DNA of 39,342 bases. Source: a virus. Below are positions 25,268 to 33,830 of the stretch, in pieces. The translations under genes and the position numbers were made by a program. The stretch lies in UHGV virus genome UHGV-0147691. The stretch is one strand, 5' to 3'. The notes below the pieces were generated by a model. The model saw only the letters and a list, made by a program, of their open reading frames with translations, was not told the origin of the DNA and searched no databases. Position 1 is the first letter of the stretch, and every line of letters begins with the position of its first letter.

Positions 25268-26425
25268 ATGGCAGGATTAAACGGAAAATGTAAATTTCAG
25301 TTAGAATTTATAGAAAGAGCTGCCGTTGGAGTTTCTAAGAGTGTGAGAGGAGTTCTTGGTGTTATTATGTTTGACACTACTAAAGAAGATTTCACTAAAA
25401 AAGAATACTATTCGGCAGTTGATATTGATAAAGCAGATTGGACAGATGAAAACTTTAAGGCTTTAAAAGCAATGGCATTTAGAGGAAATCCTTTTAAAGT
25501 TGTAGTATATAAAGCTACAAAAGAAAATTTTAAAGATGTTTTAAAACAAATCGCTTTAGAAGAACCTAATTATCTTGTATGCCCATTTACAACAGGAGAG
25601 GATAAACCAGAAACTACTGTTTCAGACTTAGAGACTTGGATAAACTCTATAAGAAATATAGAAACAGTAAAACTTGGTAATAATACTTCTACAATAAAAT
25701 TAATTGTAGCTTCATCTTCAAAACCAGACAAACCTTGGATAATTGATTATGATGTAAGACAAACAGCTCATACAATAGTAGATTTTGAAGAAAAAGCTTA
25801 TACAGCCCAAGAATATACTCTATGTATTGGGTCTTTATGTGCAGGAGCACAATTAAATTCATCTATTACTAATATGGAGCAATCTTGGTTAAAAGCATTT
25901 ACAACAACAGTAGATGATGAAAATACAGCTATTGGAGAGGGTAAATTACTTACATCTTTCGACGGTAGCAAATATGTAATTCTTAGAGGTGTAACTTCAT
26001 TTACAACAGCAAACGATAAAATGAACAGAAGTTTTACTAAAATAAGAAAAATGGAAATAATGGATTTACACCAAAAAGATATTAGAAATACATTTATTAA
26101 TTTTTATAGAGGAAAATATCAAAATATTTACTCAAATAAATTATTATTCCTTGGAGCAGTAAATGCCTATCTTGCTACATTCCAAAAATCAGGACAGCTA
26201 GACCCTGCAAATGAAAACAGAATGAAAATAGATACAGAAGCAGTAAGAAATTGGATTATTTCTAAGGGAACTTATAAAGGAAAACCTATTACAGAAGAAG
26301 AAGCTAAAAAATTAACTGAATATGATTTATGCAGAGCAAATACTGACGATATTGTGTTCGCATATATTCCAGATTATAAACCTACTGACGTAATGGAAGA
26401 TTTCCAAGGGGAAGCATATTTATAA
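25268..26425 (+). CDS. Tail sheath protein (XkdK-like)
   Basis: It is a 385-aa protein directly upstream of a 149-aa tube-like protein in a PBSX-ordered tail module. Confidence 0.5.
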   Translation: MAGLNGKCKFQLEFIERAAVGVSKSVRGVLGVIMFDTTKEDFTKKEYYSAVDIDKADWTDENFKALKAMAFRGNPFKVVVYKATKENFKDVLKQIALEEPNYLVCPFTTGEDKPETTVSDLETWINSIRNIETVKLGNNTSTIKLIVASSSKPDKPWIIDYDVRQTAHTIVDFEEKAYTAQEYTLCIGSLCAGAQLNSSITNMEQSWLKAFTTTVDDENTAIGEGKLLTSFDGSKYVILRGVTSFTTANDKMNRSFTKIRKMEIMDLHQKDIRNTFINFYRGKYQNIYSNKLLFLGAVNAYLATFQKSGQLDPANENRMKIDTEAVRNWIISKGTYKGKPITEEEAKKLTEYDLCRANTDDIVFAYIPDYKPTDVMEDFQGEAYL

Positions 26426-26440
26426 AAGGAGGAGTAATAA

Positions 26441-26890
26441 ATGGCAGATTTTATATTTAAAGAAACTGACGTTGTTTCAGGAAGTTTTGGTAAATGCTAT
26501 ATTGACGGCAGACATTGGGCAGAAGTAAGCGAATTTGAAGCTAAATTAAAACTTGACAGTAAAGATGTTCTTCTAGCAGGAGGACAAAAAGGGAAGAAAA
26601 ATACATCTTCATCAATAGAAATTAAGATTAAACTTCAAAAAGTTTTCTCTACTGAAACAGAATTACTAAAATCAGTTATTTCAGGAATGTTAAATCCTAT
26701 GACAACTATAAATGTACAACTTGATGACCCCGAAGCAAGAGGGGCAGAAGCATTAGCTTTCAATGATTGCATATTTACAGGAGATATTGATTTAGGAAGT
26801 TTTAAAAACGGAGAACTTACAGAAAGAGAATTTACTCTATCATGTGTACCAGATAGAATTGAAATTCTTGAAAGTATAGCAGATGTATAA
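26441..26890 (+). CDS. Tail tube protein (XkdM-like)
   Basis: Its size, position and beta-rich composition fit a tail tube protein. Confidence 0.5.
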   Translation: MADFIFKETDVVSGSFGKCYIDGRHWAEVSEFEAKLKLDSKDVLLAGGQKGKKNTSSSIEIKIKLQKVFSTETELLKSVISGMLNPMTTINVQLDDPEARGAEALAFNDCIFTGDIDLGSFKNGELTEREFTLSCVPDRIEILESIADV

Positions 26891-26906
26891 GAAATAAATT
26901 AAAAAT

Positions 26907-26927
26907 TTGGACATTGGAAATTGAATA
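26907..26927. repeat. 21-bp direct repeat TTGGACATTGGAAATTGAATA, left copy
   Basis: It is identical to 27752-27772, and together they flank the moron cassette. Confidence 0.55.
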
Positions 26928-26965
26928 TTATTCGAGGTAAATAAAAAGATTATTTATAAAAGTAC

Positions 26966-26994
26966 TTGACTTTTAAAAGAAGATATTTTATAAT
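26966..26994 (+). promoter_or_regulatory. Near-consensus promoter TTGACT-17-TATAAT inside the tail operon
   Basis: It reads ttgact, then a 17-nt spacer, then tataat, followed by GAAGGAGGAGG and an ATG at 27024. Confidence 0.5.
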
Positions 26995-27023
26995 ATACTT
27001 AAGTTGAAGGAGGAGGTAAAATT

Positions 27024-27137
27024 ATGTTGTTAGCAATAATTATTGCCCTGATTACTTCTTTACCAAGTTATTCAAAAGAAATTCGTGAGTGGTATATACT
27101 ACTTAAGAAAGACAAAAAGAATAATAAAAGAAAGTAG
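27024..27137 (+). CDS. 37-aa small membrane peptide MLLAIIIALITSLPSYSKEIREWYILLKKDKKNNKRK
   Basis: It has a strong RBS and a hydrophobic N-terminus, and it shares the KEI(L/R)EW motif with the peptide at 1113. Confidence 0.4.
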   Translation: MLLAIIIALITSLPSYSKEIREWYILLKKDKKNNKRK

Positions 27138-27196
27138 TCAAACAGGAGGAGACGGCATTCTCCTCTTTCAGCTAAACAATAATAGGAGTTGATTAT

Positions 27197-27340
27197 ATGA
27201 AAACAGTTTTAATCGTTGCTGTTATATTTTTAATACCTGTTTTAAGTAATATTATAAGAAATATTTACAGATATAAAAAAAATCTTCCTTTTGAAAATAC
27301 TTTCATAGGAAGAACTTTAGAAAATCTTATAAAAAAATAA
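27197..27340 (+). CDS. 47-aa small membrane peptide MKTVLIVAVIFLIPVLSNIIRNIYRYKK...
   Basis: It has a GGAG RBS and one TM helix, and is followed by a terminator. Confidence 0.4.
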   Translation: MKTVLIVAVIFLIPVLSNIIRNIYRYKKNLPFENTFIGRTLENLIKK

Positions 27341-27365
27341 GAAGGTCGGCATACCTTCTTATCTT
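27340..27365 (+). terminator. Terminator hairpin AGAAGGTcggcatACCTTCT
   Basis: It has a 7-bp stem and a weak T tract. Confidence 0.4.
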
Positions 27366-27535
27366 CGTTGAAGTTTAAATTATGTTGCTATATTTAGATT
27401 ATAATAACTTTTTACAAAAAAGTCAATGATAATAAAAAGAACCTTGAAAAATAAATTTCAAAGTTCTTATTAATGTTTAAGTTCTTAGGTACTTGAATTA
27501 TAGTCTATTTTTAAAAAAAAGTCAAGGAGAACACT

Positions 27536-27712
27536 ATGGCAGGAAAAGTTGGAAGACCAGCAGGTATTACAAAAGATAAAAGAATGTTTGGTTATAAATA
27601 CAATGAAAAAGAGTACAATGAGATGAAAAAAGCTCTTGAAAAATATAAAGAGAAACATCATTGTACAACATCAAAGGCACTATATATCCTGATTACAGAA
27701 AGTAATAAATAA
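27536..27712 (+). CDS. RHH (Arc/CopG-like) DNA-binding protein, 58 aa
   Basis: MAGKVGRPAGITKDKRMFGYKYNEKEYNEMKKALEKY matches the RHH strand-helix-helix pattern. The N-terminus resembles that of the 776-976 gene (MAG..G). Confidence 0.4.
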   Translation: MAGKVGRPAGITKDKRMFGYKYNEKEYNEMKKALEKYKEKHHCTTSKALYILITESNK

Positions 27713-27717
27713 TTTTT

Positions 27718-27751
27718 TAAATCCTCGGATAATATTCTGAGGATTTTTTTA
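27718..27751 (+). terminator. Terminator AAATCCTC..GAGGATTT followed by TTTTTT
   Basis: It has a stem of up to 8 bp followed by a 7-T run. Confidence 0.55.
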
Positions 27752-27772
27752 TTGGACATTGGAAATTGAATA
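27752..27772. repeat. 21-bp direct repeat TTGGACATTGGAAATTGAATA, right copy
   Basis: It is identical to 26907-26927. Confidence 0.55.
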
Positions 27773-27864
27773 GGTGTGATTTTAAATATATTTATATCTT
27801 GATTTTTATATAGTTGTGTACTATCATTAAATTAATACTACAATTTAAACAACGGGGTGGTTTT

Positions 27865-28485
27865 ATGAAAACTGAATTTACTGAAGCTGAAGTTAAAAAA
27901 GCTAAAAGAAGAGGGATAGGGTGTTTAACTGTAATAGCAATTATAGTAATTTTTATAATTACTGCTTATTTAAATTATGAGCCTAGTCCATTAGAAAAAA
28001 TATTTAAAGATAATGATTTAGGACTTGTTGAAAATGTTGTAGAAGACACTTGGAAAACAAATGGTAAGATTTTAAATTTTGAAACTAGAAAAATAAAATA
28101 CAAAGCATACATTGAAGAAGATGGAACACCGTATCAAATTTTTGTAGGAAAAGGAAAAAGTTTTCCAATTTATGATACAAGTAATAACGATACAGTTATA
28201 GATGAAAATGAAAAATTAATAATATATAGAATGATTAGTTTTATGGATAAATCAAGTAAAACATACTCAGGTCTTATTCCTGAAATAAAAGCTGATATAG
28301 AACGTCAACTTAATTTTCCAGATACATTTTCATGTAAAAATATTCAAATGTTCGATATGGGAAAATATTATATATTAAATATAACTTTTACTGCAAAAAA
28401 TGCTTTTGGGATGAAATTAACAAATGTAGCAAAATATAAAATGGACTTTGAAACAAATACATATTCTTTAATAGAAATTCTTTAA
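27865..28485 (+). CDS. N-terminally membrane-anchored moron protein of about 206 aa, possibly a surface-exposed exclusion factor
   Basis: It has the TM segment GIGCLTVIAIIVIFIITAYL, an extracytoplasmic domain and its own terminator. The start was set at M18 of the track ORF. Confidence 0.45.
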   Translation: MKTEFTEAEVKKAKRRGIGCLTVIAIIVIFIITAYLNYEPSPLEKIFKDNDLGLVENVVEDTWKTNGKILNFETRKIKYKAYIEEDGTPYQIFVGKGKSFPIYDTSNNDTVIDENEKLIIYRMISFMDKSSKTYSGLIPEIKADIERQLNFPDTFSCKNIQMFDMGKYYILNITFTAKNAFGMKLTNVAKYKMDFETNTYSLIEIL

Positions 28486-28506
28486 TAAATTATAAATATA
28501 TCTATA

Positions 28507-28540
28507 ATCACACCTATTTAATTAAAGGTGTGATTTTTTT
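28507..28540 (+). terminator. Terminator ATCACACCTatttaattaaAGGTGTGAT followed by TTTTTTT
   Basis: It has a perfect 9-bp stem and a T-run. It overlaps the tool's GTG start at 28530, which supports 28563 as the true start. Confidence 0.6.
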
Positions 28541-28562
28541 ATACAAAAATTTAGGAGGAAAC

Positions 28563-28940
28563 ATGGATATTAAAAAACTTATAGAACAAGCAGAAGAATT
28601 AAAAAATAAAAAGGAAACAAGAACAAAAATAACTCTTGAAATTCCAAGATTTAAAGAGCTTGGATTTGAAGATTATACAGTCGTTCTACAAAAGCCTACT
28701 ACAACTATTATTTTATCAGCTCAAGAACATGAAGATAAATATTACCAAATATGTGAGTGCATGATTACACCTGATTTATCAAATAAAGATGTTCAAAAAG
28801 CCTTTAAAGTAAATAATAAAACTTCACTTTTGAGAAAAGTATTTACAGAGGAAGAAATAGAAGACATGATAATGCACTTAGGAAGATTAACAATGACACA
28901 GACTAAAGCTAGATTGGTTGCTGATATAAAAAACTTATAA
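28563..28940 (+). CDS. Tail assembly chaperone (XkdN-like), short product
   Basis: It has an AGGAGG RBS and lies immediately upstream of the tape-measure gene. It ends in the slippery heptamer A_AAA_AAC. Confidence 0.5.
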   Translation: MDIKKLIEQAEELKNKKETRTKITLEIPRFKELGFEDYTVVLQKPTTTIILSAQEHEDKYYQICECMITPDLSNKDVQKAFKVNNKTSLLRKVFTEEEIEDMIMHLGRLTMTQTKARLVADIKNL

Positions 28941-29098
28941 AAACTAATGATAATCTATACAGGATTTATCATTGGAGCTTAAAAGGACAACCTATATTTA
29001 ATAAGCCTTTATCTGAAATTGATAGCATAGAGCAAACGTTTTTAGATGCTTGTTTTATGCTTGAAATTGAAGAAAAGAAAGTTAATAAAAGGGGGTGA
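28563..29098 (+). CDS. Predicted -1 frameshift extension product of the tail chaperone (G/GT-like)
   Basis: A_AAA_AAC lies at 28928-28934. The -1 frame is open for about 55 codons (KKLIKTNDNLYRIYHWSLKGQPIFNKPLSEIDSIEQTFLDACFMLEIEEKKVNKRG) and ends at a TGA at 29096-29098, just before the tape-measure ATG. Confidence 0.45.
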
Positions 29099-29102
29099 AT
29101 AA

Positions 29103-31241
29103 ATGGCGGAACGTGAATACATAGAATTTGTAACAAAAGTTCAAGGTAAAGAAAATTTAGAGCAACTTGGTGGCATATTTGAAGAACTTATACAAGAAGC
29201 AAAAAAAGCTGGAATAAATGTTGATAAATTCGCAGAAAGATTAAAAGAACTAGCAGGAAAAACAAAAAATAATTTACCTGTATATGATATGTTTATATCA
29301 AAATTAAAAACTATTGCAGGTATAACAGCAGTTGGAATGGGAATGAAAAAATCAATAGATTTATTTGCTTCCTTTGATGATGTGGCGAGAAGAGTACAAG
29401 CAACAACAGGGGCAACAGCAGAAACAATGGAATTATTAAGATACCAAGCAAAAAAATTAGGAGCTGAAACTTCATGGAGTGCGAGCGAATCAGCAGAAGC
29501 CCAATTTGAATTTGCTAAAGCAGGATTTACAAGTAATGAAATTTTAGCAGCGACTTCTGGAATATTAGATATAGCAACAGCTTCTCAATTAGGTTTAGCA
29601 GAAGCAACAAGTATTACAGCAGGAGCTTTAAGAATGTTTAAATTAGATGCTTCTAAGAGTTCAGTTGTAGGTGATATGCTAGCAAAAACAGCGAGTGCAA
29701 CAACAACAGATGTTAGAGGACTAGGAGAGTCTTTAAAATATGCAGGAGTTGACTCAAGAAATTTTGGAATGAATTTACAACAAACTTTGGGAATACTTGG
29801 AAAACTTGGTAATGAAATGTTAGCAGGTGGAAGTGCAGGAACAGGCTTACAATCTGTATTTTCAGCACTACAAAATAAAGCAAAAGCTAAAATATTAGTT
29901 GAAGCAGGAGTAAATATATCTCAAGACGGAAAATATAGAAACTTCTTAGATATTGTAAAAGATATTAAAAAAGCTACTTCAAACATGGAACAAGTGCAAG
30001 CAGGAACTTTAATTAATAATGTATTTGGAGAGCAAGGCTCACAAGTAATGAAAAGACTTTTACAAGTTCCAGAGGAAGAATTACAAAATCTTATTAAAGA
30101 GATAGAAAACTCAAAAGGCTTCGCAAAAGATATGGCAGATTTACTTAATGGCGGAGTAGGTGGAGCTTTTAGAAATATGGGGTCAGCAGTAGAGGGACTA
30201 GGAATTTCTTTAGGTGAATTCTTAGAACCGTCAGTTACTCTTTTAATAAATTCTATGACAACTATTATTGGAGCAGGAACAGGTTTTATAGATTGGTTAA
30301 ATTCTGGTAGTTATATGGCAGATATAATGAGTTCTGCAATAATAGGTCTTACAGCAGGGTATGGAACTTATAAAGCATATTTAATAGCGACAACTTTATG
30401 GGAAAAAGCTCATAAAACAGAAATTTATAAAAAAATAGCCGCCTTTAAATTATCATCGGTTGTAACAGCAATAGCAACAGGGTCTCATAAAATTTATTCA
30501 TTTGTACTTGGCCTTTTAACAGGAAAAGTGACAATGACAACAATATCAATATGGGGATTGAATACAGCAATGGCGGTTATGACAGCGCCTATTGGTCTTG
30601 TAGTTGCAGGAATAGTTGGAGCAATAGCAGGGTTTACTTTTCTATATCAAAAATCTGAAAGATTTAGAAATGCTATATCACCACTTATAAATGCTTTAAA
30701 AAATCTATGGAATTGGGTTAAAAAATTTGATTTTGTAGGTAATGTAATTGATAATGTCAAAGCAGGATTTGGAAAAATAAAAGATTTTTTTGTAGCAGGA
30801 ACTCAAGGAAAAACTAAAAAACAACAGCAAGAAGAACTTAATAAAATAATAGCTGAAGTTGAAGCAGGACAAGGAACATCACAAGAAACAGCAGTAGGTA
30901 CAGGAGTTAATACAGATTATTTATTTACAGGTGGAGCAAGTGGAAGTGGTGGAGTAAGACATAACGGATACTACTTAAAAGGCTCTAAGAATATAACTAA
31001 CACATCACAAGGTAATATTTATACAGAAAATTCTAATTCTTCTGAGAACTCTACACCACAAGAGACAACAGAAAATCTTATAGTAAATACCTTACAAGTA
31101 ATTGCAACTACTCTAAAAGAAGTATATTCTGAAATGAAAACTAAAAAAAGCGGTAATGGTAATACATATATAGTAAATGATGTAGAAACAACATTAGATA
31201 AAATTGTTACAGATTTACAAATAGCATTAGGTAATATGTAG
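29103..31241 (+). CDS. Tail tape measure protein
   Basis: It is a 712-aa protein with a helical, Ala/Gly-rich core, internal TM-like segments and a Gly-rich C-terminus. Its position fits XkdO. Confidence 0.8.
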   Translation: MAEREYIEFVTKVQGKENLEQLGGIFEELIQEAKKAGINVDKFAERLKELAGKTKNNLPVYDMFISKLKTIAGITAVGMGMKKSIDLFASFDDVARRVQATTGATAETMELLRYQAKKLGAETSWSASESAEAQFEFAKAGFTSNEILAATSGILDIATASQLGLAEATSITAGALRMFKLDASKSSVVGDMLAKTASATTTDVRGLGESLKYAGVDSRNFGMNLQQTLGILGKLGNEMLAGGSAGTGLQSVFSALQNKAKAKILVEAGVNISQDGKYRNFLDIVKDIKKATSNMEQVQAGTLINNVFGEQGSQVMKRLLQVPEEELQNLIKEIENSKGFAKDMADLLNGGVGGAFRNMGSAVEGLGISLGEFLEPSVTLLINSMTTIIGAGTGFIDWLNSGSYMADIMSSAIIGLTAGYGTYKAYLIATTLWEKAHKTEIYKKIAAFKLSSVVTAIATGSHKIYSFVLGLLTGKVTMTTISIWGLNTAMAVMTAPIGLVVAGIVGAIAGFTFLYQKSERFRNAISPLINALKNLWNWVKKFDFVGNVIDNVKAGFGKIKDFFVAGTQGKTKKQQQEELNKIIAEVEAGQGTSQETAVGTGVNTDYLFTGGASGSGGVRHNGYYLKGSKNITNTSQGNIYTENSNSSENSTPQETTENLIVNTLQVIATTLKEVYSEMKTKKSGNGNTYIVNDVETTLDKIVTDLQIALGNM

Positions 31242-31244
31242 GAG

Positions 31245-31904
31245 GTGAGAATTATAGTAAATGAAGCACTAGAAAGATTAAAAAAGACAAGTATTCTAGC
31301 AAATGTAGACCCTAAAACACAATTATCAGAATGGGCAACTCAGAAAATAACAGGTGGAGTTGCTAGTAATGTTAATTCACTTTTAGGGAAAACAGGACTT
31401 TTAAATAAAGTATATGCTTTTTCAAAGATAATGAAAAATATACAAATATCAGTTGCAGAAGAACGAAACGGTGTTGAATTATCTATATTCAAATTTCCTA
31501 TCGTTCCTGCAAAAATAAATTTTACTGCAAATAATATAGAGCAATCAGTGGATACGATAGCAGGTAAAATAAATTACATTAAAGATACAGATTTTCATAC
31601 AATTTCATTTTCTTCTTTCTTCCCGTCTGTATACTATCCTTTTTCATCAAACTATCAAGCATTTGGCATAGATTGTTCAAATACACTTGAGGAATTAAAG
31701 TTAAAAAAATCTCCATTGAAATTAGTTATTACAGGAATTGGTATTGTTCAAAAAGTATATATTACAAAATTTGAATATAATACAACATCTGAGGGCGATA
31801 TTGAGTTTACTATTGAGTTCAAGGAAGCAAAAGACCCAAGTATTTATGAAAACGAGTCAAAATTCTATTCATTTAAACCGTCTGCATTTAACTTAAGTAA
31901 GTAG
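31245..31904 (+). CDS. Tail or baseplate protein (XkdP-position)
   Basis: It is a track ORF with a GTG start abutting the GGAGG motif. The true start is uncertain. Confidence 0.35.
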   Translation: MRIIVNEALERLKKTSILANVDPKTQLSEWATQKITGGVASNVNSLLGKTGLLNKVYAFSKIMKNIQISVAEERNGVELSIFKFPIVPAKINFTANNIEQSVDTIAGKINYIKDTDFHTISFSSFFPSVYYPFSSNYQAFGIDCSNTLEELKLKKSPLKLVITGIGIVQKVYITKFEYNTTSEGDIEFTIEFKEAKDPSIYENESKFYSFKPSAFNLSK

Positions 31905-31913
31905 GTGGTAGAT

Positions 31914-32918
31914 ATGAAAAGAGTTTATTGTATAAAAAATACAGCAAGTCAGACAATAGATATAACTAATATCGTAAAAGACGGTATGAAATTAAAGAAA
32001 TCTATAAATGAGTTTGCATGGGTTTTAGATTTACAAATAACGAGAAACAATATTTTCAATGATATAGAAATTGGAGATATTATCGTTATTAAGTTAGACA
32101 ATAAAGAAATATTTTCAGGAATTATAATTTCTGGAGATATTACAAACTTGACATTTAAAGCAGTAGATTATGCTTGGTACTTCAATAAAAATGAAGAAAT
32201 ATATCAATTTGAAGATGTTGAAAGCTCCGTTGTAGTAAGAAAATTAATTGAAACTTTTGGTGGTAAAGCAGGTAATATCGAAGCAACTAATACAATGGTG
32301 GATAAAATTTATTTCAGTAAAACTCTAGGGGTAATTATTAAAGAGATTATAAAAAATATAAAGGACTTAGAAAATCAAGATTTTAGATTTTTTTATAAAG
32401 ATACGAAATTTCATTTTGAGAGAAGTAAGAAAAATAAATTCTTAAGAAATCAATATACACCACTAGACACGTTAAAAGGGATTTTAAATAACTACTCTTT
32501 CAATGCCTTAAACTATATCAAAGAACCTAAGAGAACACAGTCTATCGAGGATATGCACAACTCTATAAAAGTTTATAAAACATCTGGGAAAGAATATATC
32601 CAAATGAGTGGAGCTAAAGATAAAGATAATATTGATAAATACGGTTTAATGCAGAAACTTGTATCTTATAAAGATAATGACCTTAACGGTGGAAATATTA
32701 CAGCAGACAGTATTCTATCACAAGAAAATAAAGTTAAGGAAACAATATCTCTTGAAATTCCAACTTTAAGCGAATTTATATTTGACGGAGAACTTTTAAA
32801 AATTAACTATGAGAATTATGGAATAAATGGAGTTTATGAGGTTGTTAGTATTACATATACTTTCAGTAACGATGAGAATATGTTTAATTGTGCAATGCAA
32901 TTAGAGAGGGTGAGCTAA
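31914..32918 (+). CDS. Baseplate hub or late-control-D-like protein (XkdQ-position)
   Basis: An ATG at 31914 was chosen (M4 of the track ORF) because it has an RBS, GGTGG. Confidence 0.35.
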   Translation: MKRVYCIKNTASQTIDITNIVKDGMKLKKSINEFAWVLDLQITRNNIFNDIEIGDIIVIKLDNKEIFSGIIISGDITNLTFKAVDYAWYFNKNEEIYQFEDVESSVVVRKLIETFGGKAGNIEATNTMVDKIYFSKTLGVIIKEIIKNIKDLENQDFRFFYKDTKFHFERSKKNKFLRNQYTPLDTLKGILNNYSFNALNYIKEPKRTQSIEDMHNSIKVYKTSGKEYIQMSGAKDKDNIDKYGLMQKLVSYKDNDLNGGNITADSILSQENKVKETISLEIPTLSEFIFDGELLKINYENYGINGVYEVVSITYTFSNDENMFNCAMQLERVS

Positions 32919-32919
32919 T

Positions 32920-33357
32920 ATGAATAAGACAGAAAGATATAATAAAAGCATTGTAAAATTAGCAGAAATCATAAAAAAAAGGGATAACCCTTTATGGCTT
33001 GGAGCTGTTACAGGAGAGGTTGTAAAAGCTCCCCCAGAGCTTCAAGTTAAGTTAGAAAATGGAATTATTATAAAAAATCATAAAATTATGATTAGTATAG
33101 AAAAAATAGTAGGTTATCAAAGAACTTATTCATTGCAAGGCAAAATTACTCAATATGATTTTGAAAATACTACAAGTTCAGAGCCTGTACCAAATCACCC
33201 TGCACACCCTATTAAGAAATTATCAGGAAAAGGTACTTATACAGCAGAGGGAACTGTACAATGGACAGATACTTTAAAAGTTGGTGATAAAGTTCTTATG
33301 TTACCTACAAATAAAGAAGAATATTTTTATTTAATAGACAGGGTGGTGAGATTATGA
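32920..33357 (+). CDS. Baseplate protein (XkdR-position)
   Basis: Assignment is by position only. Confidence 0.3.
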   Translation: MNKTERYNKSIVKLAEIIKKRDNPLWLGAVTGEVVKAPPELQVKLENGIIIKNHKIMISIEKIVGYQRTYSLQGKITQYDFENTTSSEPVPNHPAHPIKKLSGKGTYTAEGTVQWTDTLKVGDKVLMLPTNKEEYFYLIDRVVRL

Positions 33358-33830
33358 CATTGCCTATAAGCTATTTAAAAATTAATGATAATATAGCTGA
33401 AATAGAAGCAGAAAAAGAAATACAAGCTCAAGAAACTATAAAAGAAAAAGATGTTATCTTTGATTTTACAAAAGGGCAGTTTATATACAATGGGTTAGAG
33501 CCTAGTAGAACATATGACAAAATTGAAATTATAAAACAATGGATAAAAAAGTTGTTTTATACAGAGAGAGATAGGTGGAATTGCTATATAAAAGATGTTG
33601 GCTATCCTTTTGGACTTAATCTATATAAATATATCGGACAACAGCTATATCCTGATATGGATTTAATAGAATTAATAAAAGATGATATTTACAACTCTTT
33701 ATTAAATCATAAAGATATAAAAGAAGTTCATTATCTGCAGCTTATACAGATAGATGACAAAATGTATTGTGGATTTATTATTGAACTTGAAGATACAGCC
33801 TTTGAGGTAGAGGAGGTGCTTAAAAATTAA
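33354..33830 (+). CDS. Baseplate wedge protein (XkdS or gp25-like position)
   Basis: Assignment is by position only. Confidence 0.3.
   Translation: MTLPISYLKINDNIAEIEAEKEIQAQETIKEKDVIFDFTKGQFIYNGLEPSRTYDKIEIIKQWIKKLFYTERDRWNCYIKDVGYPFGLNLYKYIGQQLYPDMDLIELIKDDIYNSLLNHKDIKEVHYLQLIQIDDKMYCGFIIELEDTAFEVEEVLKN

Noticed and set aside
27772-28537. 12-mer AGGTGTGATTTT repeated at about 27772 and about 28526, initially read as a second boundary repeat
   Set aside because: A 12-mer is expected to recur by chance many times in a 39-kb window. The downstream copy is simply the 3' arm of a terminator hairpin.
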